The translations under genes were made by a program, and so were the position numbers. From positions 13,054 to 77,053 of the forward strand of contig CAYLUV010000001.1 of NCBI GenBank assembly GCA_964386955.1: a stretch of 64,000 nucleotides of DNA, given 5' to 3'. The notes below the pieces were generated by a model. It worked only from the letters and a program-made list of their open reading frames with translations. It was not told where the DNA came from and searched no databases. This document shows, in pieces, positions 55,216 through 64,000 of the stretch (the stretch's first letter is position 1; each line of letters begins with the position of its first letter). The stretch comes from an uncultured Lachnospiraceae bacterium (lineage in GTDB: Bacteria > Bacillota > Clostridia > Lachnospirales > Lachnospiraceae).

Positions 55216-56359
55216 AACTAAAAAATTTAAAATTATTTTATCAATTGTATGTATTTCATTTATTCAAGGATTACAGTATTGTGTTTCACCAGTTTTGGGA
55301 CAGATTCAGTCCTATTATCTGGATGTAGATGTGAGCCTTGTGCAAATGCTAATTACAGCTCCGGCAATGCTTTCTATGATTGTTGCTATAGCATCTGGAT
55401 GGATCGTTACAAAAATAAGCAAAAAGAAGTTATTGATATTTTCTGGACTAGTAGCAGGTGTAACAGGATTTTTACCATTTTTATCAGATAGCTTCCAATT
55501 GTTGTTCTTCTCTAGAATTATATATGGCATAAGTTTAGGTCTGGCAACGGCATTAAATACTGCAGTTGTTGCAGAATTTTTTGAAGGCGATGAGAGAGTT
55601 GCTGTTATGGGAATTCAGTCCGCAAGTATTGGAGCAGGAATGGTTGTAATAAGCACTGTAGGCGGTTATCTTGGAATGAATGGATTCAAGAATACTTATT
55701 TTATTAACGTGATTGGTTTTATTGCGATGCTTCTTATTGCAATATGTCTTCCAGAAACAGAACTGACTAAAGTGACAAAGACAGAAAAAATTGAATTGAA
55801 TAAGGATGTCTTTAAGGTGTCATTCTTGGGAATGTTAGAATTTTTATTTTTGATCACCTTTACTACGAATATTGCAATGCATTTGAGTGGAACACTTGCA
55901 GGCAATACCACAGTTTCAGGCACATTGACAGGTATATTTTCAGGTTCTCAGATTATTGTAGGATTGATTTTAGGAAATGTTAGTAGAATTACGAAAGGTT
56001 ATACACTGCCGACAGCGATGCTAAGTTTTAGTGTAGGCGCTATATTGTTGATTCTATTTCCTTCTAATTATATTGCACTTATGATTGGAGCATTATTTTG
56101 TGGCTTTTCGCAAGGAGTCTTTGTACCAACAGCAATGGTGGAAGTGGCAAACGCAGTAAAGCCGGTGGCAACAACCATGGCATCTGCCTGTCTGACTTGT
56201 ACGATGTGTGTGGGGCAAATTATTTCTCCAGTTGTATTAAATACATTAGCAAAAGTGACATTAGGTGAGGTTACGACAACAAACGTATATATCATTTCAG
56301 CAATAGGTATGACAGCTGTAGCACTTATAACAATTTTAACAACGAAAAAAGTAAAATAG
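55208..56359 (+). CDS. MFS transporter
   Basis: A 383-aa protein with about 12 hydrophobic helices. Its ATG overlaps the ADH stop (ATGAGTAA, 8-nt overlap), implying translational coupling. Confidence 0.8.
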   Translation: MSKTKKFKIILSIVCISFIQGLQYCVSPVLGQIQSYYLDVDVSLVQMLITAPAMLSMIVAIASGWIVTKISKKKLLIFSGLVAGVTGFLPFLSDSFQLLFFSRIIYGISLGLATALNTAVVAEFFEGDERVAVMGIQSASIGAGMVVISTVGGYLGMNGFKNTYFINVIGFIAMLLIAICLPETELTKVTKTEKIELNKDVFKVSFLGMLEFLFLITFTTNIAMHLSGTLAGNTTVSGTLTGIFSGSQIIVGLILGNVSRITKGYTLPTAMLSFSVGAILLILFPSNYIALMIGALFCGFSQGVFVPTAMVEVANAVKPVATTMASACLTCTMCVGQIISPVVLNTLAKVTLGEVTTTNVYIISAIGMTAVALITILTTKKVK

Positions 56360-56370
56360 GAGATGGCAAA

Positions 56371-57423
56371 ATGAAGAAGTTGGCTTTATGTACACCGATT
56401 CCAGAAAAATTAATGACAGAGATAAAGGAACAGTGTGATATTACAATTTGTGGTGAGTTAAAACATGGAAAAGGAAATGTTACCGAGGAAATGACCAAAG
56501 AAGAATGTATGGGACATGAGTTGGTTGTGCTTGGTGATGAATATGCTGGGGCGGAGACTATAAAAGCCTGGGCAGAATCAGGTATGAAATTTATGGGAGT
56601 TGCAAAAGGAACACCAGCCACAGTAGATCATGATGCTATTGCAGAAGCAGGTTTGGAACTTTCCTATACACCAGGGCGAAATCGTGTGGCAGTAGCAGAA
56701 TTCAATATTGGTCTTATGATTGCAGCAGCAAGAAGATTAACAATTAGCAGCACAGGACTTCAAAAAGGTGAACACCTTGGGGCACCCGTAGATGACATTT
56801 ATGATGTACCAGATGTTAAAAATGTTATTTGGGGACCGCTGGATGAGAATCATCCATATACAGACTATGGGATTGGCTTTGAATTGTATGGTAAAAAACT
56901 TGGTATTGCAGGGTATGGTGCAATTGGACGAGAAGTTGCGGTAAGAGCAAAAGCATTTGGAATGGAGATCTTGGCTTATGACCCTTATATGCCCGCAGAA
57001 CTGATAGAAGCAGATGGGGCAAGATCAGTTGATCTGGATACTATGCTTGCAGAAAGCGATATGGTGAGCATTCATTTGCCTGTACTTCCATCTACAAAAG
57101 GCATGGTAAATAAAGAATGGTTTTCTAAAATGAAACCGACAGCATATTTAATCAATACGGCAAGAGCTGCGGTTATTGATCAGAAAGATTTTATAGAAGC
57201 GTTACAGAACAATGAAATCGCAGGTGCAGCCATTGACGTATATTGGCAGGAGCCAATTCCAGCAAATCATCCGTTACTTTCTATGAGAAATGTAACGTTA
57301 ACACCTCATATGGCGGGGCTTACAACAGATGTAGATGGCTGGTCCGGCACAATGATGGGAGAAGAAATTTTGTCCTATTTAAGGGATGAACCAAGAAAAT
57401 ATATTTGGAAAACAAAAAAATAA
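56371..57423 (+). CDS. D-isomer-specific 2-hydroxyacid dehydrogenase family protein
   Basis: NAD motif LGIAGYGAIGREVA, SIHLPVLPSTKGMV, INTARAAVID, AAIDVYWQEP, LTPHMAG. Confidence 0.88.
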   Translation: MKKLALCTPIPEKLMTEIKEQCDITICGELKHGKGNVTEEMTKEECMGHELVVLGDEYAGAETIKAWAESGMKFMGVAKGTPATVDHDAIAEAGLELSYTPGRNRVAVAEFNIGLMIAAARRLTISSTGLQKGEHLGAPVDDIYDVPDVKNVIWGPLDENHPYTDYGIGFELYGKKLGIAGYGAIGREVAVRAKAFGMEILAYDPYMPAELIEADGARSVDLDTMLAESDMVSIHLPVLPSTKGMVNKEWFSKMKPTAYLINTARAAVIDQKDFIEALQNNEIAGAAIDVYWQEPIPANHPLLSMRNVTLTPHMAGLTTDVDGWSGTMMGEEILSYLRDEPRKYIWKTKK

Positions 57424-57436
57424 GGAAGGTGTAAGT

Positions 57437-59407
57437 ATGAGTGCAAAATGTTATGCAGGGAAAGAAAAATATCCTAATCTTTTTTCTCCAATTAGAATTG
57501 GAAACATTCGTTTGAAAAATCGAATTATTGCAGCTCCAACTAGTCCAAGCATGATTACTACAGAGGGACACTTTACTCCAGAAATGATAGCATATCTGGA
57601 AGAAAAAGCAAAAGGTGGAGTCGGTGTTGTAACATATGGAGAAGCCATTGTACACTCAGCTACAGGAAAATCCCATAATAAGCAGTTACAGCTTGATTCT
57701 TTTGGAGTACGACAGGGAATGGCAGAAGCTGCAAGAGCAATCCATAATGCTGGAGCGTATGCGAATATTCAGTTATCTCATGGTGGTAAATATGGCGGAT
57801 TAGATAGCGTTGGCGGTGACCAAGATGGTTGCGATGTGGCATATGGTCCAAGTTATGAAATGACACCGGCTGGCGAAGTATTAGAAATGCCAAAAGAAAT
57901 TATTTATGAAATTGTTGATTCTTATAAAACAAGTGCAAAACTCTGCAAGGAATGCGGTTTTGACATGGTACAGGTACATGCAGCACATGGTTGGTTATTT
58001 TCACAGTTCTTATCTCCAGTGTTGAATCAGAGAACCGATGAGTTTGGTGGTTCCTTAGAAAATCGTGCAAGATTTCTTCTTTTAGTTCTGGATGCAGTAA
58101 GAGAGGCAGTAGGACCTAGATTTCCGATTGAAATTCGTCTGTCAGGAGATGATTTGACAGATATTGGATTAGGATTGGATGATTGTATCAAGGTTGCGGA
58201 AATGGTAGATGATAAGGTGGATTTATTCAATATTTCTTGTGGTAATCATGAAGATCCGGATATGTTCTGTCGTACACATCCTTCTGCATTTTATCCTAGA
58301 GGAGTGAATGTTTATTTGGCAGCAGAGATTAAAAAGCATGTAAAATCTCCTGTTGCATGTGTGGGTTCTTTAAATGATCCGGCACAGATGGAAGAGATTA
58401 TTGCAAGTGGTCAGGCTGATATTGTCGAAATTGGACGTGCTTTACTGGCAGATCCATATCTTGCTAAAAAAGCATTAGAAGGTAACGATGCGGATATTAC
58501 ACCTTGTCTGCGATGCTATGAATGTTTCGGAGAGTCTGTAAAGTGTGAAATGGTAAAATGTACTGTTAATCCAACTATGGGACAGCAGTTAGAAGAAAAA
58601 TATGGCAGAAAGGCGCCTGAACAGGTGAAAAAAGTTTTAATTGCCGGTGGAGGACCTGCTGGTATGGAAGCTGCTATTACTGCTGCCAATAGGGGACATG
58701 ACGTAACATTAGTGGAAAAAACAGAAAAATTAGGCGGAAATCTTCATCCAGCTGGAGCTCCTTATTTTAAAGAAGATATTGTGAAATTATGTGATGTATT
58801 GGCGAATAGAGTACAAAAAGCCGGGGTAAACGTAATTTTAAATACAGAAGTAACCGCAGAATATGTAAAAGAATTTAATCCAGATGCATTAATTGTAGCG
58901 ATTGGATCTGATGAAATGAAACCTCCGATTAAAGGAATGGATTTACCTCATGTTGTTATGGCGATTGATGCAGAATTGCATCCAGAAACACTTGGAAACA
59001 AAGTGGCCATTATGGGTGGCGGTTTAGTCGGTGCTGAGGCAGCAGTTTCTTTTAAACATGAAGGAAAAGAGTGTTCTATCATTGAAATGAAGAAAGCAGT
59101 GGCCGAGGATGTAAACTCTTTTTATAGAGGTGGTTTAATGCCGGAGGTTGAAAAGTCAGCAGAATGTTATGTAAATACGAAGGTAAAAGAAATTCTGGAA
59201 AATGGTGTTCTGTGTGAAAAAGACGGAGAAGAATTTGTGGTTGAGGCAGATTCTGTGGTTTGTGCATTAGGATTCCGTTCACCATATGACAGAGTGGATG
59301 CCCTTTGCGATGTTGTTGATGAATATTATATTGTTGGTGATGCTAAAAATGTAGGCATGATTTATCAGGCAATCAATGATGGATATCGTGTGGCGGTTAA
59401 TTTATAG
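57437..59407 (+). CDS. OYE-like FMN + [4Fe-4S] + FAD/NAD(P) oxidoreductase (2-enoate reductase / FadH / BaiH family)
   Basis: OYE domain (LFSPIRIGNIRLKNRIIAAPT...IQLSHGG...VQVHAAHGWLFSQFLSP), a Cys motif (CLRCYECFGESVKCEMVKCTVNP) and the dinucleotide motif VLIAGGGPAGMEAA. ATG 57437 follows SD AAGGAAGG; the ORF-track start at 57386 overlaps the upstream gene. Confidence 0.88.
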   Translation: MSAKCYAGKEKYPNLFSPIRIGNIRLKNRIIAAPTSPSMITTEGHFTPEMIAYLEEKAKGGVGVVTYGEAIVHSATGKSHNKQLQLDSFGVRQGMAEAARAIHNAGAYANIQLSHGGKYGGLDSVGGDQDGCDVAYGPSYEMTPAGEVLEMPKEIIYEIVDSYKTSAKLCKECGFDMVQVHAAHGWLFSQFLSPVLNQRTDEFGGSLENRARFLLLVLDAVREAVGPRFPIEIRLSGDDLTDIGLGLDDCIKVAEMVDDKVDLFNISCGNHEDPDMFCRTHPSAFYPRGVNVYLAAEIKKHVKSPVACVGSLNDPAQMEEIIASGQADIVEIGRALLADPYLAKKALEGNDADITPCLRCYECFGESVKCEMVKCTVNPTMGQQLEEKYGRKAPEQVKKVLIAGGGPAGMEAAITAANRGHDVTLVEKTEKLGGNLHPAGAPYFKEDIVKLCDVLANRVQKAGVNVILNTEVTAEYVKEFNPDALIVAIGSDEMKPPIKGMDLPHVVMAIDAELHPETLGNKVAIMGGGLVGAEAAVSFKHEGKECSIIEMKKAVAEDVNSFYRGGLMPEVEKSAECYVNTKVKEILENGVLCEKDGEEFVVEADSVVCALGFRSPYDRVDALCDVVDEYYIVGDAKNVGMIYQAINDGYRVAVNL

Positions 59408-59426
59408 AACTATTGAAGGTAAGAAT

Positions 59427-59467
59427 AAGTTCAAAGAGAGCGAAAGCTCTCTCTGGACTTATTTTTT
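59427..59467 (+). terminator. Strong rho-independent terminator after the enoate-reductase gene
   Basis: A 15-position stem with 1 mismatch, AAGTTCAAAGAGAGC / GCTCTCTCTGGACTT, with a GAAA loop, followed by T6. Confidence 0.8.
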
Positions 59468-59501
59468 AAAGTAGCTAGAAAAGAAGAAAGGATAAAAGAA
59501 G

Positions 59502-60773
59502 ATGGATACTAGTTTACAAAAACGGTTGACAAACAAAAGATGGATCATTCTTGTGGCAAGCTGCTTGATCAATTTGTGTATTGGTTCATTATATGCATGG
59601 AGCGTTTTCTCTACACCGTTAGCAGAAAAATTAAATTCTATTACTGTGATACAGGGGACTGGAATTACAGCTGCCAGCTTGGCTATTGTTTTTACGGTAG
59701 CCAATGCAGTGGGACCGGTAACAATGATTTCAGGGGGATATATTAATGATAAATTAGGACCTAAATGGGTAATTTTTGTTGGTGGACTACTGTTTGGAAT
59801 TGGATTTTTTTCTTGTGGTTTTGCGAAAGGAATACCAACACTTCTCTTATGCTATGGATTAGGATGTGGTCTTGGTATGGGAATGGTATATGGCTGTACA
59901 GTAAGCAATTCAGTGAAATTCTTCCCAGATATGCGAGGTTTAGTGGGTGGAATTACAACAGCTACATACGGTCTTAGCTCCGTGGTAATTCCTCCAATTG
60001 CAAATAGGTTGATTACAAAAATGGGAATCAGTACGACATTTAAAGCAATGGGTGTATTATTTGTAGTTGTTATATGTGCATGTGGAATGTTAATTGAGGC
60101 ATGTCCAGAGGGATTCCAGCCGGTCAACGAAAAAAAGAAAAAAAAGGAAACGGTAACTGCGGTTAGTATAAACAAGAGAGAAATGAATTGGAAAGAGATG
60201 ATGCGAGTGCCGGAATTTTATGTGATGTTACTTATTCTGGTATGTGGAGCATTCAGTGGTCTCATGATTACTTCGCAGGCGTCTCCAATGGCACAGAAAA
60301 TGGCTGGAATGTCAGTGAGTATGGCAGCAACAGCAGTTTCAGTATTAGCATTATTTAATGCGTCAGGGCGTGTGATCGCTGGATTTTTATCTGATAAAAT
60401 TGGAAGAATCAATGTGCTTAGGGTTGCTTTTGTTTTAGAAATAGTAGGATTACTCTTGTTAATTAATGTTCGAGAGGGAAAGAGCTTGATGTTCCTTGTG
60501 AGTGTATCAATCATGGGTATCTGCTTTGGCTCGTTGATGGGCGTTTATCCAGGGTTCACTGCAGATCAATTTGGAACGAAAAACAGCAGTGTAAATTATG
60601 GTATTATGTTTATTGGATTTGCACTGGCTGGTATTTTAGGGCCTACCATAGCATCTAAAATAGTATCTGCATACGGTAGCTATACAATTGCTTTTTATGT
60701 TGCTGGAGCATTTGCATTAATTGGAATTGCGATGACGATAGTATTTCAAAAGATTACAAAGATAAAAAAATAA
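59502..60773 (+). CDS. MFS transporter, oxalate/formate antiporter (OFA)-like
   Basis: OFA-type N-terminus (KRWIILVASCLINLCIGSLYAWSVFSTPLAEKL), 12 TM helices and a central Lys-rich loop. Confidence 0.8.
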   Translation: MDTSLQKRLTNKRWIILVASCLINLCIGSLYAWSVFSTPLAEKLNSITVIQGTGITAASLAIVFTVANAVGPVTMISGGYINDKLGPKWVIFVGGLLFGIGFFSCGFAKGIPTLLLCYGLGCGLGMGMVYGCTVSNSVKFFPDMRGLVGGITTATYGLSSVVIPPIANRLITKMGISTTFKAMGVLFVVVICACGMLIEACPEGFQPVNEKKKKKETVTAVSINKREMNWKEMMRVPEFYVMLLILVCGAFSGLMITSQASPMAQKMAGMSVSMAATAVSVLALFNASGRVIAGFLSDKIGRINVLRVAFVLEIVGLLLLINVREGKSLMFLVSVSIMGICFGSLMGVYPGFTADQFGTKNSSVNYGIMFIGFALAGILGPTIASKIVSAYGSYTIAFYVAGAFALIGIAMTIVFQKITKIKK

Positions 60774-60780
60774 ATGAAAT

Positions 60781-60816
60781 AAAGCTGCTAACGGAGGTTT
60801 GTTAGCAGCTTTTTTT
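60781..60816. terminator. Bidirectional terminator between the OFA transporter (+) and the FGGY kinase (-)
   Basis: AAAGCTGCTAAC (60781-60792) / GTTAGCAGCTTT (60801-60812), followed by a T run. Confidence 0.8.
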
Positions 60817-60826
60817 GAGGGATTTT

Positions 60827-62383
60827 TTACAAGAGGTGCATCGTATTTTCAAACTGTTTTAAATCAGAATCCAGATGCTTGTACATATTTATGTAGTATG
60901 GATATATTTTATCATAAACATCTGCCCACTCTTCTATAGGATAGATGACCTCTTTTACTTGGATTAGTTTTTCTACTGTTTCAGAAAGATTGGAAAAGAC
61001 TCCAACAGCATTTCCAGCAATCAATGTATCTCCAAACGGAACATCGCCTGATTTTTCGTCCAGAACATAAACCGGCATTCGAAGAACAGAGGCTTTAATC
61101 TGGTTCCAAGTGTGGCTTTTGGAACCACCGCCGGTAATTCGCAGGCAATCGGCTTTACCACCAGCCTCTCTTATAGTTTCTATTACATGACGAAGGGAAA
61201 AGGCGGTGCCTTCAAAAATGGAACGTATCAGATCTTCGCGCGATGTATCGAGAGACATGCCGATAAACATTCCTTTTGCATGAGAATTCCACAATGGAGC
61301 GCGTTCTCCTAGTAGATAAGGGAAATAAATCACACCATTGCTTCCGGCTTTTACGTCTGAAGCAAGTTGATTTAAATGATCATATACATTTATATTATTT
61401 TTCTTAGCATAATCAATTTCTGGTTGTCCAAATGTATCAAGGTACCATTTGATGGAAGCACCACTGGCACTGATTGGAGCATCATATATATAAGGCATAC
61501 CTTTGATAGAACAAGGTTTTGCTACAACAGGGATGTCAGAGGCACTGGCATTATTGCTTCCAACAAATACGAGAGATGTAGTTCCGGAAGATTCTCCAGC
61601 TTCTCCCAATTGGCATAAACCAGTAGCGTACATAGATGCCATGGCATCACTTGCGCCTGCTACCACTGGGATTCCTTTCACAAGACCTGTCTCTGCTGCT
61701 GCAGATTCTGTGACAGTACCGATGATATCACTAACTTGCTGGGGAGCGGGAAGAATATCATTAAGGTTAATACCGATGATATTTCCGATGGTTTCGGACC
61801 ACTTTAAAGTTTGAATATCTAGGCATTGACATTTAGACGCCTGATCAATATCCATGGTCATTTCTCCAGTGAGTTTATAATTGATGTATGAACTTGCTTG
61901 TAATACACGGTATGTTTTCTCAAATAATTCGGGTTCATTTTTACGATACCAAAGCAATTTGTTAGGGAGAAATGCAACATCTGGCTGCGCTCCAATAATG
62001 GATACATATTTATCGAAACCGAGGTGATCAATAATATATTGAAGTTCCTCTGTTGAACGGCTATCCATCCAAATAAGAGCATTCCTAAGCGGTGTACCTG
62101 TTTTATCCAGAGGAAGCAAGGTTACAGTTTGGGAACTGACGGAAATACCACGAATTTTTCGTACAACATCTAAACCAGCTTGTTCTGTGATGGAACGAAG
62201 AATTGCTGCTGTATTTTCCCACCAAAGATTTGCATCCTGTTCTACCATATTGGGGCCAGGAAAAATAAGAGCATTTTGTCTGGAATCAGAAGCGATAACA
62301 GTTCCATTTTCATCTAAGATAATTGCTTTGATATTTGTTGTACCTAAATCAATGCCAAGCAAGTAATTTTCTACATGAGTCAT
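60827..62383 (-). CDS. FGGY-family carbohydrate kinase (xylulokinase-like; substrate unknown)
   Basis: N-terminus LLGIDLGTTNIKAIILDENG. FGGY blocks (GTTSLVFV; ITGGGSKSHTWNQIKASVL). Confidence 0.88.
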   Translation of the reverse strand: MTHVENYLLGIDLGTTNIKAIILDENGTVIASDSRQNALIFPGPNMVEQDANLWWENTAAILRSITEQAGLDVVRKIRGISVSSQTVTLLPLDKTGTPLRNALIWMDSRSTEELQYIIDHLGFDKYVSIIGAQPDVAFLPNKLLWYRKNEPELFEKTYRVLQASSYINYKLTGEMTMDIDQASKCQCLDIQTLKWSETIGNIIGINLNDILPAPQQVSDIIGTVTESAAAETGLVKGIPVVAGASDAMASMYATGLCQLGEAGESSGTTSLVFVGSNNASASDIPVVAKPCSIKGMPYIYDAPISASGASIKWYLDTFGQPEIDYAKKNNINVYDHLNQLASDVKAGSNGVIYFPYLLGERAPLWNSHAKGMFIGMSLDTSREDLIRSIFEGTAFSLRHVIETIREAGGKADCLRITGGGSKSHTWNQIKASVLRMPVYVLDEKSGDVPFGDTLIAGNAVGVFSNLSETVEKLIQVKEVIYPIEEWADVYDKIYPYYINMYKHLDSDLKQFENTMHLL

Positions 62384-62457
62384 AGACGGCCTCCTACTTA
62401 TATTTTGAGTATTTTTTCTAAGTACATATTATCAAAAAGTTTTGAAAGGGTTCAAAA

Positions 62458-62469
62458 CGGAAATTTCCG
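62458..62469. promoter_or_regulatory. 12-bp perfect palindrome CGGAAATTTCCG in the FGGY-kinase / Crp divergent region
   Basis: Self-complementary. It is embedded in AAAACGGAAATTTCCG, whose first 11 nt recur as a reverse complement at 53328-53338. Confidence 0.35.
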
Positions 62470-62556
62470 CTATTAAACGGCAATTATGAAATTGCAGGAG
62501 GACGAAAGATTTTTATACTATAATAACAGATGGTAGTAGGAAGGGAGGAAGGTACC

Positions 62557-63303
62557 GTGTCAATGATTGATTCCTATATGCAAAAATATAAAGCCACAGA
62601 AACAGATTATAATAAAATCTCTAATTCAAATGAAAATAAAGGTAGTTTCTTTCCTTCTTATAGCTATAGTGGTGTGGATGAGTTGGAAAAATTGGGGACG
62701 GTCATTTCGTATCCTAAAAATCAACTGTTAGTAAAAACTGGTCAGTATACGGATTATTGTTATATAGTGAAAAAAGGAAATGTGATTGCCTATGAAAACT
62801 GCGAAGGCGGAAAACAGAGAATTTATGGTATTTATGAGATGAATTCGTTGTTTCTTGAATCGAACCTTTTATTCGATAAACCAGTTACAATGGCATACAG
62901 GACAATGTGTAAAACGGAGTTGCTGTGTATCAATAAACGTACGTTAATGACGGCTATAGAGACAGAACCAAAGTTTGCAATGGTTCTTATGAAATCCATA
63001 TCAGATAAAATGTTCACTTTTATGGAACAAATACGCAGTGAGAATAATCATGACGTTGCTTGGAGAGTAGGTGATATGATTATCAATCTTGCTGAAGAAT
63101 ACGGCGTGCAAAGTGATGAAAAGGTAATTATTACTAAAAAGCTGAAACAAAAAACAATGGCGCAAATTCTTGGCGCCAATAGAGTCACAGTGGCTAGAAG
63201 TATAAAGAAATTAAAGGAACTGAATTTTATAGATTATATGGATGGTTTATTGTGTGTATATAATATAGATCATTTGAAGAAATATACTTATGGATGTGGC
63301 TAA
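62557..63303 (+). CDS. Crp/Fnr-family transcriptional regulator
   Basis: cNMP-binding-like beta-roll region (YPKNQLLVKTGQYTDYCYIVKKGNVIAY) and a C-terminal HTH (QKTMAQILGANRVTVARSIKKLKE). GTG 62557 is 8 nt after GGAGG (62544-62548). Alternatives are ATG 62530 and ATG 62563. Confidence 0.8.
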   Translation: MSMIDSYMQKYKATETDYNKISNSNENKGSFFPSYSYSGVDELEKLGTVISYPKNQLLVKTGQYTDYCYIVKKGNVIAYENCEGGKQRIYGIYEMNSLFLESNLLFDKPVTMAYRTMCKTELLCINKRTLMTAIETEPKFAMVLMKSISDKMFTFMEQIRSENNHDVAWRVGDMIINLAEEYGVQSDEKVIITKKLKQKTMAQILGANRVTVARSIKKLKELNFIDYMDGLLCVYNIDHLKKYTYGCG

Positions 63304-63331
63304 TATTAGTACTTAATTTATGCTAAAAACT

Positions 63332-63367
63332 CCCGCAAACTCCGTAATGAGAGGATGCGGGTTTTTT
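63332..63367 (+). terminator. Rho-independent terminator after the Crp-family gene
   Basis: CCCGCA (63332-63337) / TGCGGG (63356-63361), followed by T6. Confidence 0.65.
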
Positions 63368-63440
63368 ATTTAAAATAGTCGCTTTTTTATTATTTTCTCA
63401 TACAATAAAAACATAGAACAGAATACAGGGAGGGCATATT

Positions 63441-64000
63441 ATGCCATCGATTATCTTAGATGCCGGCCATGGTGGCTTTGATAACGGCGCCCAATATGGC
63501 GGCAGAAGAGAAAAGGATGATACCCTTACTCTCACCCTTGCGGTGGGGGAGGAGCTGAAGGATCGGGGGTATGATGTAATTTACACCAGAACGGAGGATG
63601 TGTACGATTCGCCGGGACAGAAGGCTCGCATCGCCAATGCATCGGGTGGGGATTATTTTATTTCCTTTCATAGAAATTCCAGTCCGAATCCCAATACCTA
63701 TTCCGGGGCGGAGACGCTAGTGTATGAGGATGAGGGGATTGTGGCGGAGCTTGCCAGAAACATCAATCGGGAGCTTTCTGAGGCGGGCCTCGCAGATCTT
63801 GGGGTGACAGAGCGAAAAAATCTTGCGGTGCTGAGAAGAACGCAGATGCCAGCTATCTTGGTGGAGGCAGGATTTATTAATACAGATCGGGATAACGAGA
63901 CCTTTGACCAAAATTTTGCTCAGATTGTGCAGGGGATTGCGGATGGCATTGAAGAGACTCTAGGAGAACCAAAGGAGGTACCAACAAGAACCTATCGAGT
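63441..64000 (+). CDS. N-acetylmuramoyl-L-alanine amidase (Amidase_3 family), 3'-truncated by the window edge
   Basis: Not in the ORF track because there is no stop inside the window. ATG 63441 follows SD GGGAGGG. My translation is MPSIILDAGHGGFDNGAQYGGRREKDDTLTLTLAVGEELKDRGYDVIYTRTED...YFISFHRNS...AETLVY...LAVLRRTQMPAILVEAGFINTDRD, which carries the Amidase_3 Zn-ligand pattern (H...E...H). Confidence 0.85.
   Translation, partial: MPSIILDAGHGGFDNGAQYGGRREKDDTLTLTLAVGEELKDRGYDVIYTRTEDVYDSPGQKARIANASGGDYFISFHRNSSPNPNTYSGAETLVYEDEGIVAELARNINRELSEAGLADLGVTERKNLAVLRRTQMPAILVEAGFINTDRDNETFDQNFAQIVQGIADGIEETLGEPKEVPTRTYR

Noticed and set aside
36790-63370. Attachment-site-like direct repeats, an integrase or a tRNA target at the island borders.
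   Set aside because: The borders share only a 7-mer (GAACAGA). No recombinase, transposase or phage gene is found anywhere in the window. A mobile-element call is therefore not supported.

Overview
This looks like a chromosomal window from a Firmicute, probably a Clostridia/Lachnospiraceae-like organism, judged from gene content, SD usage and sigma-A promoters. There is no rRNA, CRISPR array, transposase, integrase or recognisable defence gene. Nt 1-36.7 kb is mostly core. It holds whiA-crh, leuS, a secreted Big_2 protein, tRNA-Thr(CGU), gdhA, ppx-ppk1 and a wall-teichoic-acid-type cluster (GT2/TagF fusion, TagGH-like exporter, two more TagF/TagB paralogs, a priming sugar-phosphate transferase). 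It also holds htrA, two DUF1292 copies (one fused to galM), an alaX-like gene, aroE, an mtnK-like kinase, an AraC regulator and an orphan BMC shell protein. The last part is a glycerol-phosphate/pentulose block (G3PDH-like, SorC, LacI, AraM-like G1PDH, ribulokinase) and a RACo-like 2Fe-2S/ASKHA protein. From about 36.8 to 63.4 kb the composition drops: hand-counted 60-nt samples give about 35-42% GC against about 48-52% in the flanks. This stretch is an accessory acyl/redox-metabolism island. Module 1 is a carrier protein, an SCP-x-type thiolase, a DUF35 protein, a phosphotransacylase and an Sfp-type PPTase, with an alpha/beta hydrolase and TetR. It continues with a three-gene Fe-S/flavin reductase set of unusual architecture, a GPH transporter and butyrate kinase. 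Module 2 has a large HTH regulator, a class II aldolase, an Fe-ADH, two MFS transporters, a 2-hydroxyacid dehydrogenase, an OYE/FadH-type enoate reductase, an FGGY kinase and Crp/Fnr. The clearest directly visible oddity is a base-perfect 306-bp tandem duplication across the thiolase/DUF35 gene junction (38297-38908). An N-acetylmuramoyl-L-alanine amidase gene that is absent from the ORF track starts at 63441 and runs off the window. All functional calls come from reading translated motifs by eye; no database search was possible.
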